Assembly: GCF_963921235.1 (NCBI RefSeq)
Contig: NC_086097.1
Location: 179,120,001-179,184,000 of the forward strand
DNA from: Mobula hypostoma
Lineage: Eukaryota
DNA: 64,000 nucleotides
Reading direction: 5' to 3'
The notes under the pieces were generated by a model. The model did no database searches. It was given only the letters and a program-made list of their open reading frames with translations, and was not told the DNA's origin. This document shows, one piece after another, positions 50,211-61,500 of this stretch (position 1 is the first letter of the stretch; each line of letters starts with the position of its first letter). The position numbers and the translations under genes were made by a program.

Positions 50211-51547
50211 AATCAACTCAGATTAACTTGAACCAACAAGATTGAAGCACAATATTTGAACTGATAAGAAGTGTTTAAAAGTAAGGAGCTTCAGTGGCGA
50301 GAACTCTGGAAAACTAAATATCACAAGGAAGAACCCCCATGCCAGGGGTTGGGAGAAGAAATGATCAATCATCTGACCAATGGGAGATATTCTGTTTCTG
50401 TACTATCAGTTGGGGAAGTGGTCTGAGTGAGTATTAGTAGAGAGGGAACAGTAGAATTCATGTTCTAAGCTGTTGGCCTAGGGTCAACATAGTTACATTG
50501 TTTGTGTAGAGACAATGAAGTGCAAGCTTTCATTAACTAAAGTTGCATAGTAAATAGCCTAACCCAGATCTGCGGATGATAGTCAACAACTCCCTGTATA
50601 TTCATGACTGGTTGGCCAGATTCTGCTCTAACTCCATCTAGAGTACTGGAAGGAGACAGAGAGCCTAGTGACATGGTGTCATGACAACAACCTTTCCATC
50701 GATGTTAGAAAAAAAAGTTGGTCACGACTTCAGGTAGGGGCCTGTGCACATGCTCCTGTCTACATCCACAGTGCTGAAGTTGACACAGGATTAAGAGATT
50801 CAAGGTCCTAGGTATGAACATCACCAACAGCCTGCCCTGTTCCATCCACATAGATGCCAATGTCAAAAGCTCACCAATGTCTCTACTTCCTGAATGGCTG
50901 AAAAAAAAAGGTATGTCTCTGTCAACCCTTGCCAATGTTTTTGATGCACCTCACAAAGTATCCTATCTGGATGCATATCGTTTGCTATGACTGGGACCGC
51001 AAGAAACTGCAGAGTGTTGTAGACACAACTCAGCGCAATACAGAGTTTATAGAGAGCCTTCTCGCTATAAACTCTGTCAACACATCTCATTGCCAATATA
51101 ATCAAATCCTCCACCCACCCCAAACATTCCCACATCTCCCTTCTTTCATTGGGCAGAAGATACAAAAGCTTGAAAACATGTACCACCGGGTTCTCCAGTT
51201 CGGGACGGCTTCTCCCCAACTGTTATAAGACTATTAAATGGTTCCATAGTACAATAATATGTACCCTTGACCTCACAATCTACCTCGTAAAGATCTTGCA
51301 TTATATTGCCCGACTACACGGCACTTTTCTGTAACTGTAATATTTTATTCGGCATTTTTATTTACTTTGTTCTACCTCAATGCACAGGGTAAAGAATTGA
51401 TCTATATGAAGAGTAAGACAATTTTTACACTGTACTTCAGTATGTGACAAAATAAACCAATTCCAATACTCCCATATCCTTTGAAACCCTTACTAACTGA
51501 AAACCTATAAACCTCCGCTTTATATATATAAATCAAGGACTTGGCAT

Positions 51548-52905
51548 TAGAAACATTGAAAAATAGAAATCTACAGCACATTACAGGCCCTTCGGCTCAC
51601 AATGCTGTGCCGACCATGTAACCTACTTTAGAAGCTGCCTAGAATTTACCTGCTGCATAGCGCTCCATTTTTCTAAGTTCCATGTATCTATCTAAGAATC
51701 TCTTAAAATAACCTATTGTACCTGCCTCTAACAACTTGGTGGCAGTGCATTCCACGCACCCAACTCTCTCTGTGTGAAAAACTTATCTCTGACAGTTCCC
51801 TTGTAACTACTTTCAAGCACCTTAAAACTATGCCCCCTCATGTTAGCCATTTCAGCCCTGGGAAAAAGCCTCTGGCTATCCACACAATCAATGCCTCTCA
51901 TCATCTTATACACCTCAATTAGATCACCTCTCATCCTCCGTTGCTCCAAGGAGAAAAGGCCAAGTTAACTCAACCTATTCTCATAAGGTATGTTCTCCAA
52001 TCCAGGCAACATCCTTGTAAATCCCTGCACTCTTTCTATAGCATCCACATCCTTCCTGTAATGAGGTGCCCAGAACTGAACACAGTACTCCATGTGGGGT
52101 CTAACTTAAGTCTCATATAGCTGTAACATTACCTCATGGCTCTTGAACTCAATCCCACAGTTGATAAAGGCCAACACACCATACACCTTCTTAACAATAC
52201 TGTTAACCTGCACAGCAGCTTTGAGTGTCCTATAGACATGGACCCCAAGACCTCGCTGATCCTCCACACTGCCTAGAATCTTACCATTAATATTATATTC
52301 TGTCTTCAAATTTAACCTACTGCAATGAACCACTTCACACATCTGGGCTGAACTCAATCTGCCACTTTTCAGCCCAGTTTTGCATCCTATCGATGTCCCA
52401 CTGTAACCTCTGACAACTCTCCAGACTATCCACAACACCCCCAATTTCTGTATCATCAGCAAACTTACTAACCCATCCTTCTACTTCCTCATCCAGGTCA
52501 TTTATAAAAATTACAAAGAGGAGGGATCCCAGAACAGATCCCTGCAGAACACCACTGGTCACCGTCCTCCATACAGAATACAAACCATCCACAACCACCT
52601 TCTGTGGTCAAGCCAATTCTGGACCCACAAAGCAAGGTCTCCTTGGATCCCATGCCTCATTTCCTTCTGAATGAGCCTCGCATGGGGTACCTTATCAAAT
52701 GCCTTACTGAAATCCATATACACCACGTCCACTGCTCTACCTTCATCAATGTGTTTTGTTACATCCTCAAGGGATTCAATCAGGGTTGTAAGGCATGACC
52801 TGCCCTTGACAAAGCCGTGCTGATTATCCCTAATCAGATTATGTCGCTCCAAATGCTCATAAAACCAGCCTCTCAGGATCTTCTCCAACAACTTGCCAAC
52901 CACTA
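51548..52905 (-). mobile_element. CR1 (RT plus 3' end), frameshifted
   Basis: ORFs 52559..52903, 52335..52598 (SKFADD), 52106..52462, 51728..51949. Confidence 0.92.
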
Positions 52906-54059
52906 TAGGGCATTATGAGGCATTGGTGTAAACATTTGTATTTGGAGAAGGTGTACAGATCTGGCTTCCTTATTTCAGGAAGGATCTTAAATGTCTTGGA
53001 AGTAGTTCAGCCAGACTCCTACCTGGAACTGGTGGACTGTCCTAAGAGCAGATACAAGGTGAGTCCAGTTCATTAGGCTGGCTTTGTATCTCCTGGCACT
53101 TAGACAAGTGAGAGGGGATTTGGTTAAAACATGAGGTCCTGAGGAGTAGTGTCATGGGACATTTCCTCTCATGGAGAATCCAGAACCAGGATATCCATTT
53201 GATATTTATTTATTTATTTATTTACAGTGACAGGCCCTTCTTGCCCAACAAGCCGACACTGCCCAATTACACCATATGAACAATTAACCCACTAACCTGT
53301 ACATCTTTGGAATCTGGAAAGAAGCCAGAGCCTGTGATCATGGGGAGAATGTACAAAATCTTTACAGACGGTGGTGGCTGGCACTGTAATAGTGTTACAC
53401 TAATCACTACACCGCCGCATAAAGTAAGATATAAAGTAAGGGATCACCCATTTAGGACAGAGGTAAGGTAATAAATTGTGTTTGACTCTTTGAGGGTAAC
53501 TCTTTGAAACTCTCTTCCTCAAGGTGTAGGGGAAGCAGTCTTTGAATATTTTTAGAAAAGGGGTGAAAAGCTATTGGGAATAGACAGGAATGCAGTGTTG
53601 AGCTAAGTCAAATCAATCAAGGAGTCAACATGGATACAAGACGTATGGCCCAACCAGTCCATGCCAAAACAAATGTGTTGTCTTTTGGAGACAGTTTGAG
53701 GACTGAGGAGTCTCCTTTTGCACGTAATCTGTGTGTCTGCACTAAATAGATCATGCCTGCATGTAGTAAGACCTTTACACAAATCAAGAAGAACTGTTTT
53801 TAAATGACAGGTCACATCAAGTGTCAAACAATGACCATCTCCAGCAATAGAAATAGAGTAGTCTCTGGCACATAGAGGCTGCTGCTTGTACTATTTACAA
53901 GGTCAAAACTCAGTAACACACAACCTACTGATAGAACTCAGAGGCTCAAGCAGCATCAGTTGGAGGAAAGGAACTGATGACATTTTGGACAGTTGACATC
54001 TTCCAGCAGTTTATACGTTGCCCCAGATTCCAGCATCTGCAGCCTTCCATGACTTCAAA

Positions 54060-55090
54060 ACTCAGAATTCTGCAGTGAGTGACCAAGTCCTGCCACTCCA
54101 AAGCCTCTCCACCATCTACAAGGCACAAGTCAGCTGTGTGATGGAACACTCTCCATTGCCTGGATGGGTGTTGGTCCAACAATTCCCGAGAAGCTTGACA
54201 CCATCCAGGACAAAACAGTTCCCTTGACTGCCATCCCAGCCACCACCCAACACTTGTGCTCATTTCTGGTTACCTCATTATAGGAAGGATGTGGAAGCTT
54301 TAGAAAGGGTGCAGATGAGATTTGCCAGGATGCTGCCTGGTTTAGAGAGTACATCTTATGATGGATACATTGAGTGAGATAGGGTTTTTCTCTTTGCAGG
54401 AAAGGAGGATGAGAGGACTTGATGGAGATGTGCAAGATGATAAGAGGCATAGATAGATTGGACATCCAGAGACCTTTTCCTAGGGCAGCAATGGCTAATA
54501 CAAGGGGACAACATTTTAAAGTGATTGGAGTGAAGTATAATGGAGGTGTCAGAGACAGTTTTTTTTTACAGAGAATGGTGGCTGTGTGGAACACACAGCA
54601 GTGGTAGAGGCAAATATAATTAAGAGACACTTAGATAGGCATATGGATGAAAGGAAAATGTAGGGCTATGTGGGAGGAGATGGTTAAATTGATCTTAGAG
54701 TAGGTTAAAAGGTCAGCACAACATTGTGGACTGAAGGGCCTGTACTGTTGTCCTATATTCTAAAACACTTTCTTCCTCCACCTCTGCAGTTACGTACTCA
54801 GGCTACTCCAACACCACCTTCCAAACTCAACACCTCTCCCACAGGGCACCATATATTGAATCGCCATTCCTTCAGTGTCACTGGGTCTAAATTCTGGAAT
54901 TCCCTCCCCATCAGTAGACCATAAGACCATAAGACATAGAGGCAGAATTAGGCCTTGGAAGCACATTCACCAGAAGAACTGCAGTGGTTCAAAAAGGGTG
55001 CTGAACCCACCTTCTCAAGGGACAGTTAGGGAAGGTAATATCTGCTGGTCTTGCCTTTGATGTTTAGATCATGGAAAGTGAATAGATAAA
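54060..55090 (+). mobile_element. Old CR1-group (Crack/Daphne-like) LINE 3' remnant interrupted by a CR1 (about 54255-54760); related piece near 39100-39280
   Basis: QSLSTIYKAQVSCVMEHSP (54018..54227) and SFSVTGSKFWNSLP (54724..54924). Confidence 0.6.
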
Positions 55091-55344
55091 AGCAAAACTT
55101 TAACTCAAATCCAGGGAAACAAATGAGATGAAAACCTCCTGTGGGTTCTGGTGTGAGTGATCACACATAATTCCTGGAGACTCTTAAATAAATACTGTGA
55201 TTTGGAATTGGATAGTGGTCCCAGATATGATGTAGAACCTGTAGCACTTTGATCACAGTCAATCAATCTGCCTGCCCCATGGATCTTACCACTCTGTTTG
55301 TCTTTGCCAATCCACAATAGGGCACCAGCAATTCTAATCCTACA

Positions 55345-55620
55345 TTTACAGATCATGGCCTTAATTTCCAGCTTGTTAAATTAAATTACTGAAACTATGC
55401 TTTAATTTGACGGCTTAATTTATCGTTGCAGTAAATCATCATGTAAGCTCGTGGAAAATGCCACATTAATAGCTCAGTGATGGCTAAGTGGAGCTAATTC
55501 ACAGTTATTTCATAATAGTACACCCTTCTAGACAATTATGGCCATTTTCCCCCTAATCACAGCACACCATCTGGTAACAATTGTGAGTGATTTATCGTCG
55601 GTGTGTTGTAAGACCACAGA
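55345..55620. promoter_or_regulatory. Candidate conserved non-coding element / developmental enhancer
   Basis: No recognisable repeat; dense TAAT/ATTA, PBX-HOX-type gtaaatcat and tgatttat, retained CpGs. Composition only, no alignment. Confidence 0.4.
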
Positions 55621-56259
55621 AAGAGTTGCTCAGCTTAAAGCAATCAAACAAAATGATACAAGAAGACGAGGCTAGCAGTCACTCAGACTTTGGGAGTTAA
55701 GAGGTTAAGGAAGTTAGTTGTGCAAAGCGTAACTGGTTGAGATTGTCTGATTTCTCATTGCTGCCAATTTCTGTGGCCTTTTACGATAATACCTGGACTT
55801 TCTTCCAAGGACCAGGCAACCCAACTCTGTAATAAAGTTTGTACCAAAAACAGACATAAACCATAAATGTTAGACCAGACCCTTGTCATAAAAGTCCAGA
55901 CTCTTCCAGAGGGAGAATAAAGAATATTAGCCACTCAGCTTCTAACATTCAATTATAATATTTTGTGTCAGAGAGAGAGATACCGCAGGGAATCGGACCC
56001 TTAACTACCTGTCTGTATCAACTGGAAGGCACAGGTTTAAGATGAGAGGGGAAAGATTTAATAGGAAAGTGAGGGAAAAGACTTTTACACAGAGGGTGGT
56101 ATGCATGTGGAATGAGCTGACAGAAGAAGTGCCAATAACAGCTTTAAAAAGGGAGTTGGACAGGTATAGAAGGTCAAAGGCTGGATAGGGCATCTTGGGT
56201 GACATGGATCAGGTGAGCCGAGAGGCCTGCTTCTACATTGTATTACTCTATGGCCCACC

Positions 56260-56542
56260 AAGCACCCACTTACACTAATCCAGTGTGGATACCACCACAA
56301 TCCCATCAACCCCGCCATCACACACACAAAGGGCAATTCACAGATGCCAATTAACCCTTCGACCCTGCATGTCTTTGGGATGTCGAAGGAAACCAGAGCA
56401 CCCTGGAGTCGGGGGTGGGGGAAAGCCCAAACAGTCACAGGGAGAACATGCGAACCCCACACAGACAACACTGGGGAATGGATTGAACCCCAGTTCTCTG
56501 GAGCTGTGAGCCAACAGCTCTACCCACTGTATCACTGTGCCA
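56260..56542 (-). mobile_element. V-SINE-like element
   Basis: Minus strand tRNA-like head (ggttcaatcc) then gtgtggggttcgcatgttctccctgtg...tctggtttcc...catcccaaagacatgcag. Confidence 0.8.
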
Positions 56543-57624
56543 TCAACTCATAGAGCACTCCAGCACAGAAACAGGCCCTTCAGCCCTTCTAGTCTGTGCT
56601 GAACTGTTATTATGCCTAATCCCATCGATCCATACCTGGACCATAGCCCACCATACCCCTTCTGTCCACATACCCATTCAAACTTCACTCAAATATTGTA
56701 ATCAGACCCACATCACCACTTCTGCTGGCAGCTCACCTTACACTCACATCACCCTCTGAGTGAAGAAGTTCCCCTTAAAAATTCACCTTTCATCCTTTCA
56801 CTAGTCTCACCCAAGCTTAGCAGAAAAAGCCTCCTTGCATTTACCCAATTTTGTATACCTCTATCAAATCACCTCTCATTCTCCTATGCTGCAGGGGAAG
56901 CAATATCCTGATATTACTAACCAACCCTGACAAACAGATTCAGTGATTATTGTTCCTTTAATAATGAGCTGTCAGAACAGTGGGAATTGTCACAGACTAG
57001 AGATCTTGCAGAGAGAATCTTGGGAGAGCAACAGACAGGAATTTTCCCTGGGCATCATGTTCAAGTGAGTGGGGAATGCATTTGTATCAAATTCCAGAGT
57101 CCGTTTTTTTCACACACACACGCCTTGCATACTTATTTCAAGCAGATTAAAATATCAGGCAAAAGAACTTGATCCTGGCTTATTAAGAACTGGGATGGTA
57201 ATTTATCATGGTGTAAACTCACAAACTTGTCAAAACGTCCCTCAATTTAAAGGTCTAGGAGGAACTTCAAAAATAAACCAGAACTGAACTACAAATGGCT
57301 TCAGAAAGCAGACTTCCCTTACAGTTACCCACTGACAACCCCATCAGCTTCCTCTCCTGAAGAACAGACACAGATTATAACTGACAACTTTTCTAATACA
57401 TGTATGTCATGTTAAGAGGTCCAGGCTCAATCTATAAGAAGCCATTAGAATGGATTTACAATCTACCCCCAGCCTTTCCTACACCCCTCTCTCCCTTGTG
57501 TGTTTATCCAGCTGCTCTTTAAACCCATCACTTCTTCTCCACAATCCCTTTCTATTTAGCTATAAATGACCCCTCAGTTTCCTATACACCAATGACTGAA
57601 GTCCTAGCCTGCCTAACCTCTCAG

Positions 57625-57817
57625 CCTGCCCACACAAAATGCTGGTGGAATGCAGCAGGCCAGACAGCGTCCATAGGAAGAAGCACAGTCCTGACGAAGA
57701 GTCTCGGCCTGAAACGTCGACTGTGCTTCTTTCTATGGATGCTGTCTGGCCTGCTGCGTTCCACCAGCATTTTGTGTGTGCTGCTTGAATTTCCAGCATC
57801 TGCAGATTTCCTCATGT
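57625..57817 (+). mobile_element. Palindromic Penelope pLTR mini-insertion inside a minus-strand CR1 (about 57560-58090)
   Basis: 60-bp inverted arms 57631-57690 / 57719-57778, 3' extension to 57817, taacctctcag duplicated at 57614-57624 and 57818-57828. Confidence 0.9.
57686..57723 (+). ncRNA. Minimal type-I hammerhead ribozyme (core intact, helix II weakened)
   Basis: cagtc-CTGACGA-agagtctcggcct-GAAACGTC-gactg; GUC triplet, predicted cut after 57718. Confidence 0.8.
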
Positions 57818-59994
57818 TAACCTCTCAGTCCCTTGACTCTCAGCAACATTCTCCTGAATCACCCTTGCACTCTTTCCCAGCTTAATGCTATCTTTCCAAT
57901 AGCACAGAGACCAAAATTTAACACAATTCCCTAAATGTGGCCTTACCAACATCTTGTACAACTGTAACAAAACCTCCATAGGAGTGCCCTGACTAATGAA
58001 AGCCAGCAAACCAAATCCCTTCTTCACAGCCCTGTCTACTAGTGATGCTACTTTCACGGAACTTATACTCCTAGGTCCCTCTGTTCTATAGGGTGGTCTG
58101 CAATGATGGGACTGATGGTTCTTGGATGTACCTACTCCACTTCCAGAGTCACAGTGCAAGGCACTGAAGTGGACGCAGTGCCTAAGCCTGATCTCCCTGC
58201 TGTTGTTTTAAGTTCTTTCATGTACTCGATTTCATAGATATTCCTCAAAATCTTTGTTTGTCTTCCTTACTTAGGAGAAGCAGATAGGATAGACAGTGGG
58301 TTTCCTTCCCCCAGGGTTGAAACGTCTAATACGAGAGGTCATTCATATAAGGTAAGGGAGGCAAGTTCGAAGGAGGTGCAAGTTTTTTTTTCCCCCACAG
58401 AGTTGTGTGTTGGTACAGAATGCACTGCCAGCGTTGGTGGTGGAGGCAAATATGATAAGAGGTGCTTCAGAGGCTCTTAGACGGGTACATGAATGCACAG
58501 AGATTGGAGAGAAGATATTAGGTGTCTTTCATTTAATTAGTTTGGCACAACATTGTGGGTCAAAGGGCCTATTCCTGTGCTGTGCTGTACTATTCTATGT
58601 TCTATATGACAGGAGAAGGCCATTCAGCCTGCTTGTTCCATGCCAGCTTCATCAGAGTGATTCCTTCCTTATTTCCCTGTGGCCCTGCCATTTATTCTGC
58701 CTCACGCAAGCCTCCTTTGATTCTTTTGCCACCCAGCCGCACGCTACAGGCAATTTACAGCAGCCGATTAATCTACCGACCCACACGCCTTTGGGATGGG
58801 GTTAGAAACTGGAACAACCCAGGAAAAGCTACACGGTCATAGGGAGAATGTGCAAACTCTACACTGACAGTATCGGAGGTTGGGAAGGAACCGGGTTAAC
58901 TGGAGATGTGAGGCATTGGCTCTATTTCCTGCACTGCTGTCGGTGTTTAATAATCTAATCTGCTCCTTTATTGTCAAACCCACAAACACCAAGAGGGAGA
59001 ACTGTAACTGGGTTTTTAATTTTGAGTTCATTTCTTTTTTGGATTGAATAGCTAACCACAATTAAGAGTCTCATTGAAGGAATTTATTGGCTGGTAATGT
59101 TACATTATTAATCCACCTGAGGGAGCCAGTATCCAGAAATTTTATGTTGCTTCGGAATGTGACAGGAAAGGGGATACCTCCAACTCTATTCCCCACTCTT
59201 TCCCCTGGAAATGATCACTTCCAACTATTTGTCCGATTCCCTTCAGAAAGCAGTATTGGATGTTCTTCCACCTTTTGCAAATCCTCAACCACGTCAACAT
59301 GGGTAATACAGCCACCTTATTCACTCAGTGTATAAAGTAATAGTGTTAAATAGCCCAGAAACAGGTTCTTCAGCCTAACTGATCTATACCAAGATTCCCA
59401 ACCAAGCTAGTCCCATAGGCAGAATGAACTTTTTTCCCCAGAGTGTAAATGATGGGGCATAGTTTTAAGGTGATGGGAGGAAAGTTTAGGGGAATGTCAG
59501 AGGGAGGTTTTTTTTACACAGCAAATGGTTTCCTTGTTTAATCCCTCTCACTCTGTCGCATCTGAAACAATGGAACCCCAGAATATTGTCCTGCCCCTCC
59601 TGCAACCAAGTCTCACTATGGCTACAATATCACAATTGCAGGTGTTGGTCCAGGCCCTGACCTGAGCTCATCCCTTTCCTATGATCCTACAATCCACAGA
59701 GAATCTTGAAGAAGATTCCTCAGAGCATCAACACCATGTCACTTCAACTTCCTGGAATGCTTTTTGTTATACTGTACTTAGAGTAATTCAGCAACACTCA
59801 GCAAAATGCTGTTCCAGCACCAGCGACACAGCTGTCTGTAAGTCCGCCCCATGACTGTGCAAGTTTCTTCTGGGTACTCCGGTTTCCTCCCACAATCCAA
59901 AGACATATGGGTTTGTTGCTTAATTGGTCACATGGTGTACCTGGGTACCGTCTTTTGGGCCAGAAGGGTATGTTACTGTGCAAAATTAAAATAA

Positions 59995-61500
59995 ACAGCC
60001 CTTCAGCCAAACTAGTCCACGCTGACCAAAGTCCCCCATCTAAACTAGTCCCATTTGCCAGTATTTGGCCCATAACCTTCTAACCCTTTCCAATCCATGT
60101 TCCTATTCAACTGTGTTCTAAAAATTGTTATCACCGTAAGACCGTACGACATAGGAGCAGAATCAGGCCATTCAGCCCATTGAGTCTGCTCCGCCATTCC
60201 ATCATGGGTGATCCAGCATCCCACTCAACCCCATACACCTGCCTTCCCACCATATCTTTTGATGCCCTGACCAATCAGGAAATTATCAACTTCCACCTTA
60301 AAAATACCCACGGACTTGGCCTCCACCGCAGTCTGTAGCAGAGCATTTCACAGATTCATTACTCTCCAGCTTAAAAAAATCGTCCTAAACGGCTGCCTCT
60401 CAATTTTGAGGCTGTGCCCTCTAGTTCTGGATACCCCCACTATAGGAAACATCTTCACCACATCCACCCTATCTAGTCCTTCCAACATTCGGTAGGTTTC
60501 AATGAGATCCCCACGCATTCCTCATTGTACCTTCCTCAACCTCTTCCTCTGACATCTCATTCAAAGTTCAAAGTAAATTTATTATCAAAATACATATGTC
60601 ACCATATACAACCCTGAGATTCATTTTCTTCCAAGCATGCTCAATAAATCTATAACAGAATAATAACCATAATAGAATCAATGAAAGAGCACAGCAACTT
60701 GTGCGTTCAACCAGCGTGCAAAAGACAACAAACTGTGCAAAAAGGGAAGAAATAATAATAATAATAAATAAATAAGCAATAGTTATCAAGAACATGAGAT
60801 GAAGAGTCATTGAAAGTAAGTCCATAGGTTGTGGGAACATCTTAATGATGAATCAGGTGAAGTTGAATGAAATTATCCCCTCTGGTTCAAGAGGCTGATG
60901 GTTGAGGGGTAACAATGGTTCCTGAACCTGGTGGAGAGAGTCCTGAGGCTCCTGTACCTTCTTCCTGATGGCAGTAATGAGAAGAAAGGTTGACTTTAGT
61001 GGTGGGGGTCCCTGATGATGGATGCTGCTTTTCCTCTGACTACGTTTCGTGTAGATGTGCTTAATAGTGGACAGGTCTGTATCCATTTTTTTTTGTAGGA
61101 TTTTCCATTCAAGTGCATTGGTGTTTCCATACCAGGCTTTGATGCAGCCAGCCAATATACTATGCATATATATATTCTGCACATGTACCACCTTTTGTGT
61201 TAAAAAGGTACCCCTCAAGTTCCTATTAAATCTCTCTCATCTCACCTTAAATGTTTGCCGTTTTGCTCTTGGTTCCCCAACACTGAGAAAAAGATCTAGT
61301 GCATTCACCCTATGAATTTATACACCTCTATAAGATCTCCTACGCTCTAAGGAATAAAGTCCTAGCTTGTCTAACCTCTCCCTATAACTCAGTCCCTCAA
61401 ATCCTAGCAGCATCTTTGTAAATCTTTTCTGCCCTCTTTCCAATTTAGTAACACCTTTCCGTTAGCAGGGCAACCAAAAATGAACACGCTCCAAGTGCAA
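59995..61500 (-). mobile_element. Minus-strand CR1 with nested CR1 (about 60135-60520) and Rex1 (about 60560-61175) fragments
   Basis: CR1 tails at about 59995 and 60135; ttcaaagttcaaag tail at 60560; ORF 60853..61218 fuses CR1 and Rex1 motifs. Confidence 0.75.

Larger units (their letters stand above)
46949..50588. mobile_element. Solo LTR (about 820 bp net) split by CR1 insertions
   Basis: Starts TGTT (46949), ends AACA (50588); 4-bp TSD ACTC (46945-46948, 50589-50592); cleanly interrupts Rex1 coding sequence. Confidence 0.75.
46780..51465 (+). mobile_element. Old Rex1/Babar copy (46780-46948 and 50589-51465), host of a nested stack
   Basis: TGAQQAC.HSPL-coding before the break resumes with SLYIHD-coding after it; RYKSLKT motif and 3'UTR downstream. 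Confidence 0.8.
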
